Positions 56,741 through 64,000 of a stretch of DNA of 64,000 bases are shown here, piece after piece. Where the stretch lies: assembly GCA_041752695.1 (NCBI GenBank), contig JBGSVZ010000005.1:32001-96000 (forward strand), read 5' to 3'. A model generated the notes under the pieces. That model was not told the origin of the DNA and ran no database searches. It saw nothing but the letters and a program-made list of their open reading frames with translations. Source of the stretch: Terrimicrobiaceae bacterium. Its GTDB lineage: Bacteria; Verrucomicrobiota; Verrucomicrobiia; Chthoniobacterales; Terrimicrobiaceae. Position numbers and translations under genes: made by a program. Position 1 is the stretch's first letter; every line of letters starts with the position of its first letter.

Positions 56741-57427
56741 GTGACGTTCGGGCCCGAAATCTGGCAGGCGCTCTGGCTCACTTTCGAGCTGGCGGCGACG
56801 ACGACCACGCTGCTGCTCATCCTCGGTCTGCCGCTCGCGCACTGGCTCAATACCAGCCGCTGGCGGGGCGTTGTTTTTGTGGAGACTCTGGTGACCCTGC
56901 CCATCGTTTTGCCGCCGACGGTCATTGGCTTTTATCTGCTGGTATTTTTTGCGCCGCAACACCCCCTGGGCGGGGCCTGGATTGCGGTCGTCGGCGCGCC
57001 CCTGGCGTTCAGCTTTGCGGGATTGGTGGTGGGGTCGGTCCTCTACAGTCTGCCTTTTGCGGTGCAGCCCTTTCAGGTGGCGCTGAGGGCGGTATCGCCG
57101 ACGCTGATTGAGGCCGCGCGCGTCTCGGGGGCCAATGGGTGGCAGATCTTCTGGCACATCACCTTGCCGCTGGCCCGTCGGGGCATTGGCGCGGGTGTGA
57201 CCTTGAGCTTCGCCCACACCGTCGGTGAGTTTGGCGTGGTGCTGATGATTGGGGGCGCGATCCCGGGCGTCACCAAGGTTGCGTCGATTCTTCTGTATGA
57301 CGAGGTCCAGAAGCTCGATTACGCCAGAGCCCATGGCATCGCTCTGATTTTGCTCGCGGCAGCTTTTGTGCTTCTCTTTGGAATCGGTCTACTCCAGCGA
57401 AATCGGGACGATTCCCATCCTGCGTAA
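56741..57427 (+). CDS. modB: Molybdate ABC transporter permease
   Basis: LPIVLPPTVIGFYLL, EAARVSGA, GEFGVVLMIGG; AAGGAG RBS before the GTG start. Confidence 0.93.
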   Translation: MTFGPEIWQALWLTFELAATTTTLLLILGLPLAHWLNTSRWRGVVFVETLVTLPIVLPPTVIGFYLLVFFAPQHPLGGAWIAVVGAPLAFSFAGLVVGSVLYSLPFAVQPFQVALRAVSPTLIEAARVSGANGWQIFWHITLPLARRGIGAGVTLSFAHTVGEFGVVLMIGGAIPGVTKVASILLYDEVQKLDYARAHGIALILLAAAFVLLFGIGLLQRNRDDSHPA

Positions 57428-57541
57428 GGGCGGTTGGGGCGGAGGAAGCGGCGGTGGAATGCCTCGCAAGCCTCAAATATTTCGCTTTTTCCTTGCGGGG
57501 TTGGCAAAAGTTTCAGAGTTCAAACACGAGGTTACTCTTCG

Positions 57542-59323
57542 ATGTCATCTGACAAGTCCGGGTCGGAAATCTGGCCCACACTCCAGCGGTTTTTCCCGTA
57601 TCTCTTTCCATACTGGCGGAAACTTTTGGTCATTTTTGTGCTGATTTTGCTGGTGACGGCCTTCGAATTGGTCCGGCCGAAAATCATCGGCATGATCGTG
57701 GACGAAGCCGCGGCGGGTCGGTCGTGGCAGACCGCCATCTGGCTGCTGGCCATCTTTCTGGTTTCTGTGGTGGGGCGCAGCGCCGCTTTGCTGACGCGAA
57801 ATTTCCTCATGCAGCGGACCGGGATGCGGGTCACGTGCGACATGCGGGTGAATATCTTCCGTCACCTGCAGAATCTTTCGCTGCGCTTTTACGATGCCCG
57901 GCATACCGGGAAAATCGTCTCCCGCATCAGTATTGATACCGGAGCCTTCCACAATCTCGTCACCGGAGCCTCGGTGAATCTGTTGGGCGACCTTGTGATG
58001 ATCGTCGGCGTGCTGGTGATTCTGCTGAGCACCAACTGGAAACTCGCGCTTATCACCTACCTGGTTTTGCCGTTTTTTCTCATCAACTACTTCTGGCACA
58101 AACGCCGCCTGCGGGTGGAGAGTCGCCGTCACCGTCGGAACTGGGACAGTGTGCTGAGTTTCCTGCACGAACGAATTTCCAGCACACGTCTCGTCCGGGC
58201 CTTCGCCACGGAGGACAGTGAAGTGGAAGTTTTCCGGCAGCGGATCGAGGCCGATTACGTCAATTTTACGCGGGTGGTCTGGCGCAACTCGCTGCTGAAC
58301 GTCGGCGCGGATTTTCTCGCCGGTATCGGGACATTCATGGTTCTGGGCTACGGGGCGTATTTGGTCATGAACGAGAAGGATTTTTCCGTCGGCGACATGA
58401 CGAGTTTTATCTTTTTCCTCGCTCTGCTCTACACACCCATCATCCGCATCGTAGAGTCCAATGCCGTCATCCAACAGGCCGCCACGTCGCTGGAGAAAAT
58501 CTTCACCCTGCTCGACACCCAGCCGCACATTCCGGAGAACGACGACCTGCCCCAGCTTCCGAACCTCACAGGGCGGGTCACCTTTGACCATGTCTCGTTT
58601 GCTTATCGCCCTCAGCATCCCACCCTGCGCGAATTGCAGTTTGAGGTCCCCCCTGGCGAAACGTATGCCCTGGTGGGACCCAGCGGATCCGGCAAAACCA
58701 CCATCATCACCCTGCTGGCGCGTTTTTACGATCCCACGGAGGGCCGCATTTTGGTCGATGGACAGGACATCAGGAATTTTAACGTCCAGTCCCTCCGGCG
58801 CCAGGTCGGGATTGTCATGCAGGACAACATCCTTTTTTCCGGCACGATCGCGGATAACATCAAATACGGTCGCCCGGGAGCTTCACACGAGGAAGTCATC
58901 AAGGCAGCGGAGGCGGCGAATGCTCACGAATTTATCAGCGACCTGCCGCAGGGCTATGAGACCTGGCTGGGCGAACGGGGCGTGCAACTTTCCGGCGGCC
59001 AGCGTCAACGCGTCGCCATCGCCCGGGTGATCTTAAAAAATCCCCGCATCCTGATTCTCGACGAAGCGACGTCTGCCCTCGATACCGAGTCCGAGCGCCA
59101 GGTGCAGGAGGCGCTGGATCGCTTGATGAAAGGCCGGACCAGCATCGTCATCGCCCACCGCCTCTCGACCGTGATCAACGCGGATAAGATCCTCGTGCTC
59201 AAGCAGGGGGTCGTGGTGGAGAGCGGACGCCACGACGAGTTACTTCGTCAGGACGGCGTCTACCGGCACTTGCACCAATTGCAGTTCGCCAAAAAAACCT
59301 CGCCCGAGGAAGTGCCGTCTTGA
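57542..59323 (+). CDS. ABC exporter, fused permease/ATPase (MsbA/MdlB-like)
   Basis: TM domain + GPSGSGKT, LSGGQRQR, LDEATSALD, IAHRLST. Confidence 0.92.
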   Translation: MSSDKSGSEIWPTLQRFFPYLFPYWRKLLVIFVLILLVTAFELVRPKIIGMIVDEAAAGRSWQTAIWLLAIFLVSVVGRSAALLTRNFLMQRTGMRVTCDMRVNIFRHLQNLSLRFYDARHTGKIVSRISIDTGAFHNLVTGASVNLLGDLVMIVGVLVILLSTNWKLALITYLVLPFFLINYFWHKRRLRVESRRHRRNWDSVLSFLHERISSTRLVRAFATEDSEVEVFRQRIEADYVNFTRVVWRNSLLNVGADFLAGIGTFMVLGYGAYLVMNEKDFSVGDMTSFIFFLALLYTPIIRIVESNAVIQQAATSLEKIFTLLDTQPHIPENDDLPQLPNLTGRVTFDHVSFAYRPQHPTLRELQFEVPPGETYALVGPSGSGKTTIITLLARFYDPTEGRILVDGQDIRNFNVQSLRRQVGIVMQDNILFSGTIADNIKYGRPGASHEEVIKAAEAANAHEFISDLPQGYETWLGERGVQLSGGQRQRVAIARVILKNPRILILDEATSALDTESERQVQEALDRLMKGRTSIVIAHRLSTVINADKILVLKQGVVVESGRHDELLRQDGVYRHLHQLQFAKKTSPEEVPS

Positions 59324-59355
59324 GAATCGGGTCGGACTGGCCTCTACTCCTTCCC

Positions 59356-59748
59356 ATGAATCGGCAAATCTCCCTGGGTATCGTTTTGACTCTCCTCGCA
59401 ATTTTTGGCTTTGCGGGCTGCGCCAGCCTGGAATCGGGCAACACCGAACAACTGCTTTCCGCCGCCGGGTTTCGTTCCCGGACGCCGACCACTCCGAAGC
59501 AACTGGAAATGTTTGCGGCCATGCCGCCGTTCAAAATGGAGCGCCGGACCGTGAACGGGAAGGTGGTCTACACGTTTGCCGATCCGAAACGCAATTTGGT
59601 GTTTATCGGCGGAGAAGCGGAATACCAGCGTTACACCCAGCTTGGTCTCCAGCAGGAGATTTCGATGAACAATCTCGCCGCCGCCCAGATGAACCAGGCG
59701 GCCGCCATGAATATGGACGCCTGGGGTCCTTTGGGCATGTGGTGGTAG
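59356..59748 (+). CDS. Hypothetical lipoprotein
   Basis: Lipobox FAGC; LLSAAGF motif. Confidence 0.7.
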   Translation: MNRQISLGIVLTLLAIFGFAGCASLESGNTEQLLSAAGFRSRTPTTPKQLEMFAAMPPFKMERRTVNGKVVYTFADPKRNLVFIGGEAEYQRYTQLGLQQEISMNNLAAAQMNQAAAMNMDAWGPLGMWW

Positions 59749-59789
59749 GGGCTGGGAGATCGAGGGTCGGAGTTGGAAGATCGGAAGTC
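59748..59789. repeat. Tandem degenerate heptamers (GGAGATC family)
   Basis: GGGGCTG GGAGATC GAGGGTC GGAGTTG GAAGATC GGAAGTC between convergent genes. Confidence 0.6.
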
Positions 59790-60404
59790 TTAAAACAACT
59801 CCCGCTGCGCCACGGGAGCGAAGCTCATCCGGTGCAGGGGACACGGTCCGTGCTCGCGGAGGGCGGCGAGATGTTCCGGAGTGCCATATCCCTTGTGATT
59901 GCGGAATCCATAGTGGGGATACCTCTGGTGGGCCTCGTGCATGAGGCGGTCACGCGTGACTTTGGCGATGACGCTGGCCGCAGCGATGGAGTAGCTCAAG
60001 CCGTCTCCGCCGACCACGGCGGTCTGGGCGATGGGAAAATTCCGCACGGGGAGCCCGTCGATCAAGGCGTATTCCGCCGGGCGGCTTAGGGCCCTCACGG
60101 CCTCCCGCATGGCTGTGTGGGTGGCCTGAAGAACATTGATCCGGTCCACGATGGGCGCATCCTGCACAGAAACGGCCCAGAGAACATGAGGCTGCGCGAC
60201 GAGCTGGTCGTAGAGATCCTCGCGGGTGGCAGAGGACAGTCTTTTGGAGTCGTCGAGTCCGTCGGGCGCGGAGTGCTCCAGAAAGATCACCGCGGCGGCC
60301 ACCACCGGGCCCGCCAGGGGACCGCGTCCCGCTTCGTCGATGCCGGCGACCAAAAAAATGCCCTGCTCCCGGAGAGCACATTCGCGCTCGAAGGAGCAGG
60401 GCAT
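59790..60404 (-). CDS. rnhB: Ribonuclease HII
   Basis: GIDEAGRGPLAGP, DSK, LIDG, AAASVIAKVTRD, HKGYGT. Confidence 0.95.
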   Translation of the reverse strand: MPCSFERECALREQGIFLVAGIDEAGRGPLAGPVVAAAVIFLEHSAPDGLDDSKRLSSATREDLYDQLVAQPHVLWAVSVQDAPIVDRINVLQATHTAMREAVRALSRPAEYALIDGLPVRNFPIAQTAVVGGDGLSYSIAAASVIAKVTRDRLMHEAHQRYPHYGFRNHKGYGTPEHLAALREHGPCPLHRMSFAPVAQRELF

Positions 60405-60430
60405 GAAATGAAAACCTTCGGGTGGGTCGA

Positions 60431-60790
60431 CTACTTGGCGCCGGCGGCTTTTTCCTTCACCGTGGTGGCGGATTTGCCCTTGCGGCTGCGGAGATAATTC
60501 AGTTTGGCGCGGCGGACCTCGCCCTTGCGCTCAATCTCAATCTTGGCGATACGCGGGGAGTGCAGCGGGAATACACGCTCGACACCCTCGCCGTAGCTGA
60601 CGCGGCGGACGGTGAAGTTGGAGTTTAAGCCGACGCCCTTGCGGCCAATGACGATGCCGCTGTAAACCTGCACGCGTTCTTTGTCGCCTTCGATGACGCG
60701 GGTGTGAACTTTGATGGTGTCACCCACGCGGAATTCAGGGACGTCCTTCTTGAACTGTTCGCTTTCGATTTTTTCGATGATGCTGCTCAT
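60431..60790 (-). CDS. rplS: 50S ribosomal protein L19
   Basis: [36 protein letters not shown]. Confidence 0.97.
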   Translation of the reverse strand: MSSIIEKIESEQFKKDVPEFRVGDTIKVHTRVIEGDKERVQVYSGIVIGRKGVGLNSNFTVRRVSYGEGVERVFPLHSPRIAKIEIERKGEVRRAKLNYLRSRKGKSATTVKEKAAGAK

Positions 60791-60870
60791 GACTGTAAAA
60801 AGTGGAACTTTCCACCCTGCCGTAGTTCGGCTTGGGTGGCAAGCGGGACTTTTGGAGATTTTGTTCCGAG

Positions 60871-61587
60871 TTAACTCAGGAGGTCAACCCGGCCGTCCTG
60901 AAGTTCGTAGATGCCGCCCACGATCTTGAGTTTTCCCGCCGCAATGGCTTCCTGGAGAATGGGCGTGGCCGACTGAAGTTTTTTGACGGTGAGCCGGACA
61001 TTTTGCGCGGTGGCATTGGCCAGCAGGTCGCCCGGCTGGTCGAGGACGTCCTTCACCGCGGGTCTCAGGGCCTTGATGAGCGAGGGAATGTGGCCGGGGA
61101 ACTTGGCGCCGTCATTCACGGCTTTGATCGTGGAATCCACCGCGCCGCAACGCGCATGGCCCAGCACAAGAATGAGGGGAACACCGAGCACGGCCACCCC
61201 ATATTCAAAGCTGGCGATCGTGTCGGCGTTGGCAAAGTTTCCGGCCACCCGGCAGACAAAAAGATCTCCCCGGCCAGTGTCGAAGGCGTATTCTGGGGCG
61301 ATCCGTGAATCCGCGCAGCTCAGGATGCCGGCGAAAGGATTTTGTCCGAGTGTGAGTGCGGGACGTTCGGCCAGGAAATCGTGGCGATTCATCGAGCCGG
61401 AAACGTAGCGAGCATTCCCCTTGAGCAGACGCTCCAGCGCGGCGTCGGGAGAAATCACATTCTGAGGCCGTGGCGGAGGGGCGGCTTCAGCTCTCCCGGC
61501 CAGTCCGAGTCCGAGGGCGGCTCCGGCGGCGAGTTTGAGAAAATGGCGGCGGGGAACTTCCGGTGAGGGTGGGCAGTGCTGGCACAT
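60871..61587 (-). CDS. Beta-class carbonic anhydrase with Tat signal
   Basis: PRRHFLK twin-arginine motif; [21 protein letters not shown]. Start set at ATG 61587. Confidence 0.9.
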   Translation of the reverse strand: MCQHCPPSPEVPRRHFLKLAAGAALGLGLAGRAEAAPPPRPQNVISPDAALERLLKGNARYVSGSMNRHDFLAERPALTLGQNPFAGILSCADSRIAPEYAFDTGRGDLFVCRVAGNFANADTIASFEYGVAVLGVPLILVLGHARCGAVDSTIKAVNDGAKFPGHIPSLIKALRPAVKDVLDQPGDLLANATAQNVRLTVKKLQSATPILQEAIAAGKLKIVGGIYELQDGRVDLLS

Positions 61588-61702
61588 GCCGGGAGATTTT
61601 CTGGCCGCGGCCTTATTCGCAAGCGCGAAATCTCTCCTATGCAACTGTTGTGATTGCTTTCCTTTCCGAGTTCCTAGAGCATCGAGATGTCCCCGGCCGG
61701 CC

Positions 61703-63808
61703 ATGAAACTCAGCCTGCGAAAAAAAATCATGGGCATGATTGTCCTCGTGGGAGGACTCCTGCTCCTCCTGGCCCTCGCCGTAATCTGGACTCTGGGGTA
61801 CCGCCAACGTGTGGCCGAGCAGGGAACAGGCTTTCAAAACGAGGCCACCCATGTCGCCGGAAGCATGCGGCGTGTGGTGGAAAGCGATGTCAGCAGGCTG
61901 AATGACCTCATGGTGATCGGGAATTTGGCGGAACTGGCCGCCGCGGAAAGCCGCCCGTTGGCATCTGTGGCGGAGATGGAGGCTCGCTGGAAAACGTGGT
62001 CCGCTACGGAACCCGCCGTGACCGCGGTGCTGAATAATCCGCTGGCGGATAAGCTCCGCCTTTTTCAGGCGGTCAATCCCCTGGTCGTCGAACTGATTGT
62101 CGCCGACGCTACCGGCCGGCTGATTGCGGCCACTGGAAAAACTTCGGACTACGACCAGTCCGATGAAAGCTGGTGGCGGGACGCCGCTCTCCTCGGCGCG
62201 GGAGACGCGGTGCTGGAGGGATTGGCCTTCGACCAGAGTGCGGGGGTATTTTCGCTCGATTTCGCCCTGCCCTTGCGGAATGTAGAAGGTGGGCTTGTTG
62301 GTGTTCTCAAGGCGGTGTTGAATGTTTCGCCCCTTTTCGCCGGAGTCTCGGTGATGGCAGCTCATGAAGATGCGGTGGGGGAGGTGGTTGGCTCGGACGG
62401 ACGGATTTTGCTGCGGCTGTCCGACAAGGATTTTCTGCCCTCGGGAAAAGTTCTGCCGTCGGAACTCATGGCGCGGATCAGGACCGGCGGCCCGGGGTGG
62501 TTCTTCGCCGATTTGAATGGTGGCGGGCAAAAACTGGCCGGGTTTGCGCCCGTCCAATTTCTGGGCGTCCGGGACCGCGCCGGAAACGTCACGGGGGAGT
62601 CCAGCTACGTTCTGGTGCATGAGCCCGCCTCGGTCGTGCTGGCGCCGTTGTTGCAGCGCGCTTGCGTTCTCATGATTGCCGGCGCGGGCATTATTCTCGT
62701 CTGCGGGGGAGTCACCATGTTTCTGGTAGGTCGGAATTTTTTGACGCCCCTGGAGATCCTGGAAAACGCCGCTGCCGCCCTGGCCGCGACCGCCGGCCCG
62801 GGGCTTCAGTCTGCGGGGTCCGGCGCAACCTCCGACCCCTTGGCCGCCATCGCCGCGGTGGCTGGGATTAAGACGGGTGACGAAATCGAGGACTTTGCCA
62901 GAGACTTCGGGGCGATGTCCGCGCGGCTCATGCGGTATCAGGACGATTTGCGGCGCGAGATTGCGGAAAAAACCGAGGCCATCCAGACCGATCTCGAGAT
63001 GGCCCGGGAATTCCAGCAGGCGTTCCTCCCCAGGGCCTACCCCGAGGTCCCCTCCGCGGCGCAGAGCGATTCCCTGACGCTCCATTTTCAGCATGTTTAC
63101 CGGGCGGCTCTTTCGGTGAGTGGCGATTTTTTCGACATCATTAAACTGGGCGACAGCCGTGCGGGAGTGCTGATCGCCGATGTGATGGGCCACGGGACGC
63201 GTTCCGCGTTGGTCACCGCCATTCTGCGCACGCTGCTGCACGGGCTGGCCCGCACGGCCCACGACCCCGCCATGTTCCTGAGTCTGCTCAACCGCAACTT
63301 CCACGACACCATGAGGCAGGCCGATCAGCTGATTTTTGTCTCCGCCTGTTTTGTTGTGCTCGACACCCGTGACCAGACCCTCCGATTTGCCTCGGCTGGG
63401 CACCCAAGCCCCTACATTGGCAATCGTCTGACCGGCAAGGTGGAGCCCCTGCACGGGTCGCTGAAGGAGAATCCCGCGCTCGGGCTTTTCCCCGAATCCG
63501 AATATCGCGAATTCACCCGGCCCCTTTGCGAGGAGGACCTGCTGCTGCTTTATACCGACGGCATTATCGAAGCTCAAAATGGCGCTGGGGTGGAGTATGG
63601 CCGCGAACGCCTCGCCGCCGCGATGCGCCAACACCTTGAACTGGACCTCGCCGATTTCACCCAAGCGACCCTGGAAAGGGTGTTGGAGTTCACTGCCTAT
63701 GAACCACCGGCGGACGACCTCTGCCTTGTGGCGGTTGAAGTGACGGCGAGTGGCGCCCAGCCGTCCGATCGATGGAATTCGCTCCGCGAAGCGGTGATGG
63801 AGTTGTAA
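61703..63808 (+). CDS. Membrane sensor PP2C/SpoIIE-type phosphatase (periplasmic Cache-like + HAMP-like)
   Basis: Two TM segments flank a periplasmic domain; GDEIE; SGDFFD, IADVMGHG, SAGHP, YTDGIIE, DDLC. Confidence 0.88.
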   Translation: MKLSLRKKIMGMIVLVGGLLLLLALAVIWTLGYRQRVAEQGTGFQNEATHVAGSMRRVVESDVSRLNDLMVIGNLAELAAAESRPLASVAEMEARWKTWSATEPAVTAVLNNPLADKLRLFQAVNPLVVELIVADATGRLIAATGKTSDYDQSDESWWRDAALLGAGDAVLEGLAFDQSAGVFSLDFALPLRNVEGGLVGVLKAVLNVSPLFAGVSVMAAHEDAVGEVVGSDGRILLRLSDKDFLPSGKVLPSELMARIRTGGPGWFFADLNGGGQKLAGFAPVQFLGVRDRAGNVTGESSYVLVHEPASVVLAPLLQRACVLMIAGAGIILVCGGVTMFLVGRNFLTPLEILENAAAALAATAGPGLQSAGSGATSDPLAAIAAVAGIKTGDEIEDFARDFGAMSARLMRYQDDLRREIAEKTEAIQTDLEMAREFQQAFLPRAYPEVPSAAQSDSLTLHFQHVYRAALSVSGDFFDIIKLGDSRAGVLIADVMGHGTRSALVTAILRTLLHGLARTAHDPAMFLSLLNRNFHDTMRQADQLIFVSACFVVLDTRDQTLRFASAGHPSPYIGNRLTGKVEPLHGSLKENPALGLFPESEYREFTRPLCEEDLLLLYTDGIIEAQNGAGVEYGRERLAAAMRQHLELDLADFTQATLERVLEFTAYEPPADDLCLVAVEVTASGAQPSDRWNSLREAVMEL

Positions 63809-64000
63809 ATGATCGGGCTGGCCTTGCCTTGGACCGATCTCGCCACTCCCACCGTGCTGATCGAGGCGGATGCGATGGAGCGCAACCTTCGTGGTATGCA
63901 GGAAGTCTGCAATTCCGCGGGGGTCGAGCTCTGGCCGCATTGCAAAACCCATAAGCTGGTTCCGGTGTTACGGCGGCAGCTGGCTTTGGGCGCGCAAGGT
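63809..64000 (+). CDS. Partial D-threonine aldolase/DSD1 family PLP enzyme (runs off the right edge)
   Basis: Manual translation: MIGLALPWTDLATPTVLIEADAMERNL...LWPHCKTHK..LRRQLALGAQG. Confidence 0.8.
   Translation, partial: MIGLALPWTDLATPTVLIEADAMERNLRGMQEVCNSAGVELWPHCKTHKLVPVLRRQLALGAQG

Noticed and set aside
61637..63952. 771-aa minus-strand ORF
   Set aside because: Antisense to the well-supported PP2C sensor gene; no recognisable domain.

Overview
GC-rich bacterial chromosomal window, densely coding. I saw no rRNA, tRNA, CRISPR array, integrase or transposase. Three PEP-CTERM proteins, an H-X9-DG-type prepilin and the general gene content suggest Verrucomicrobiota (inference only). Main blocks: (1) fabG, a Gfo/Idh/MocA oxidoreductase, a beta-carbonic anhydrase and a decayed esterase that ends against a PEP-CTERM gene resembling cyanobacterial Stig (hapalindole, HpiC1/FamC1) cyclases; (2) about 17 kb with glutaminase, MFS, AbgT, ThrE, RND, porin, HdeD and SLC13 genes, suggestive of acid resistance or amino-acid export; (3) a sigma-70 factor and a photolyase; (4) an AraC-centred glycan locus with a pilin-like protein, GH1, a GH74-like enzyme with a CBM, and a PEP-CTERM protein; (5) housekeeping tilS, serS, a DnaJ-class gene, SUI1, an L,D-transpeptidase and gnd, plus unknown envelope proteins; (6) a urate-to-ureidoglycine catabolic cluster; (7) modE-modA-modB with a ModE box but no modC; (8) rnhB, rplS, a Tat-exported carbonic anhydrase, a PP2C sensor phosphatase and a partial D-threonine-aldolase-family gene. 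Several intergenic spaces hold 7-mer or 9-mer periodic repeats and REP-like doublets. Family calls come from motif recognition by eye, not from database searches.
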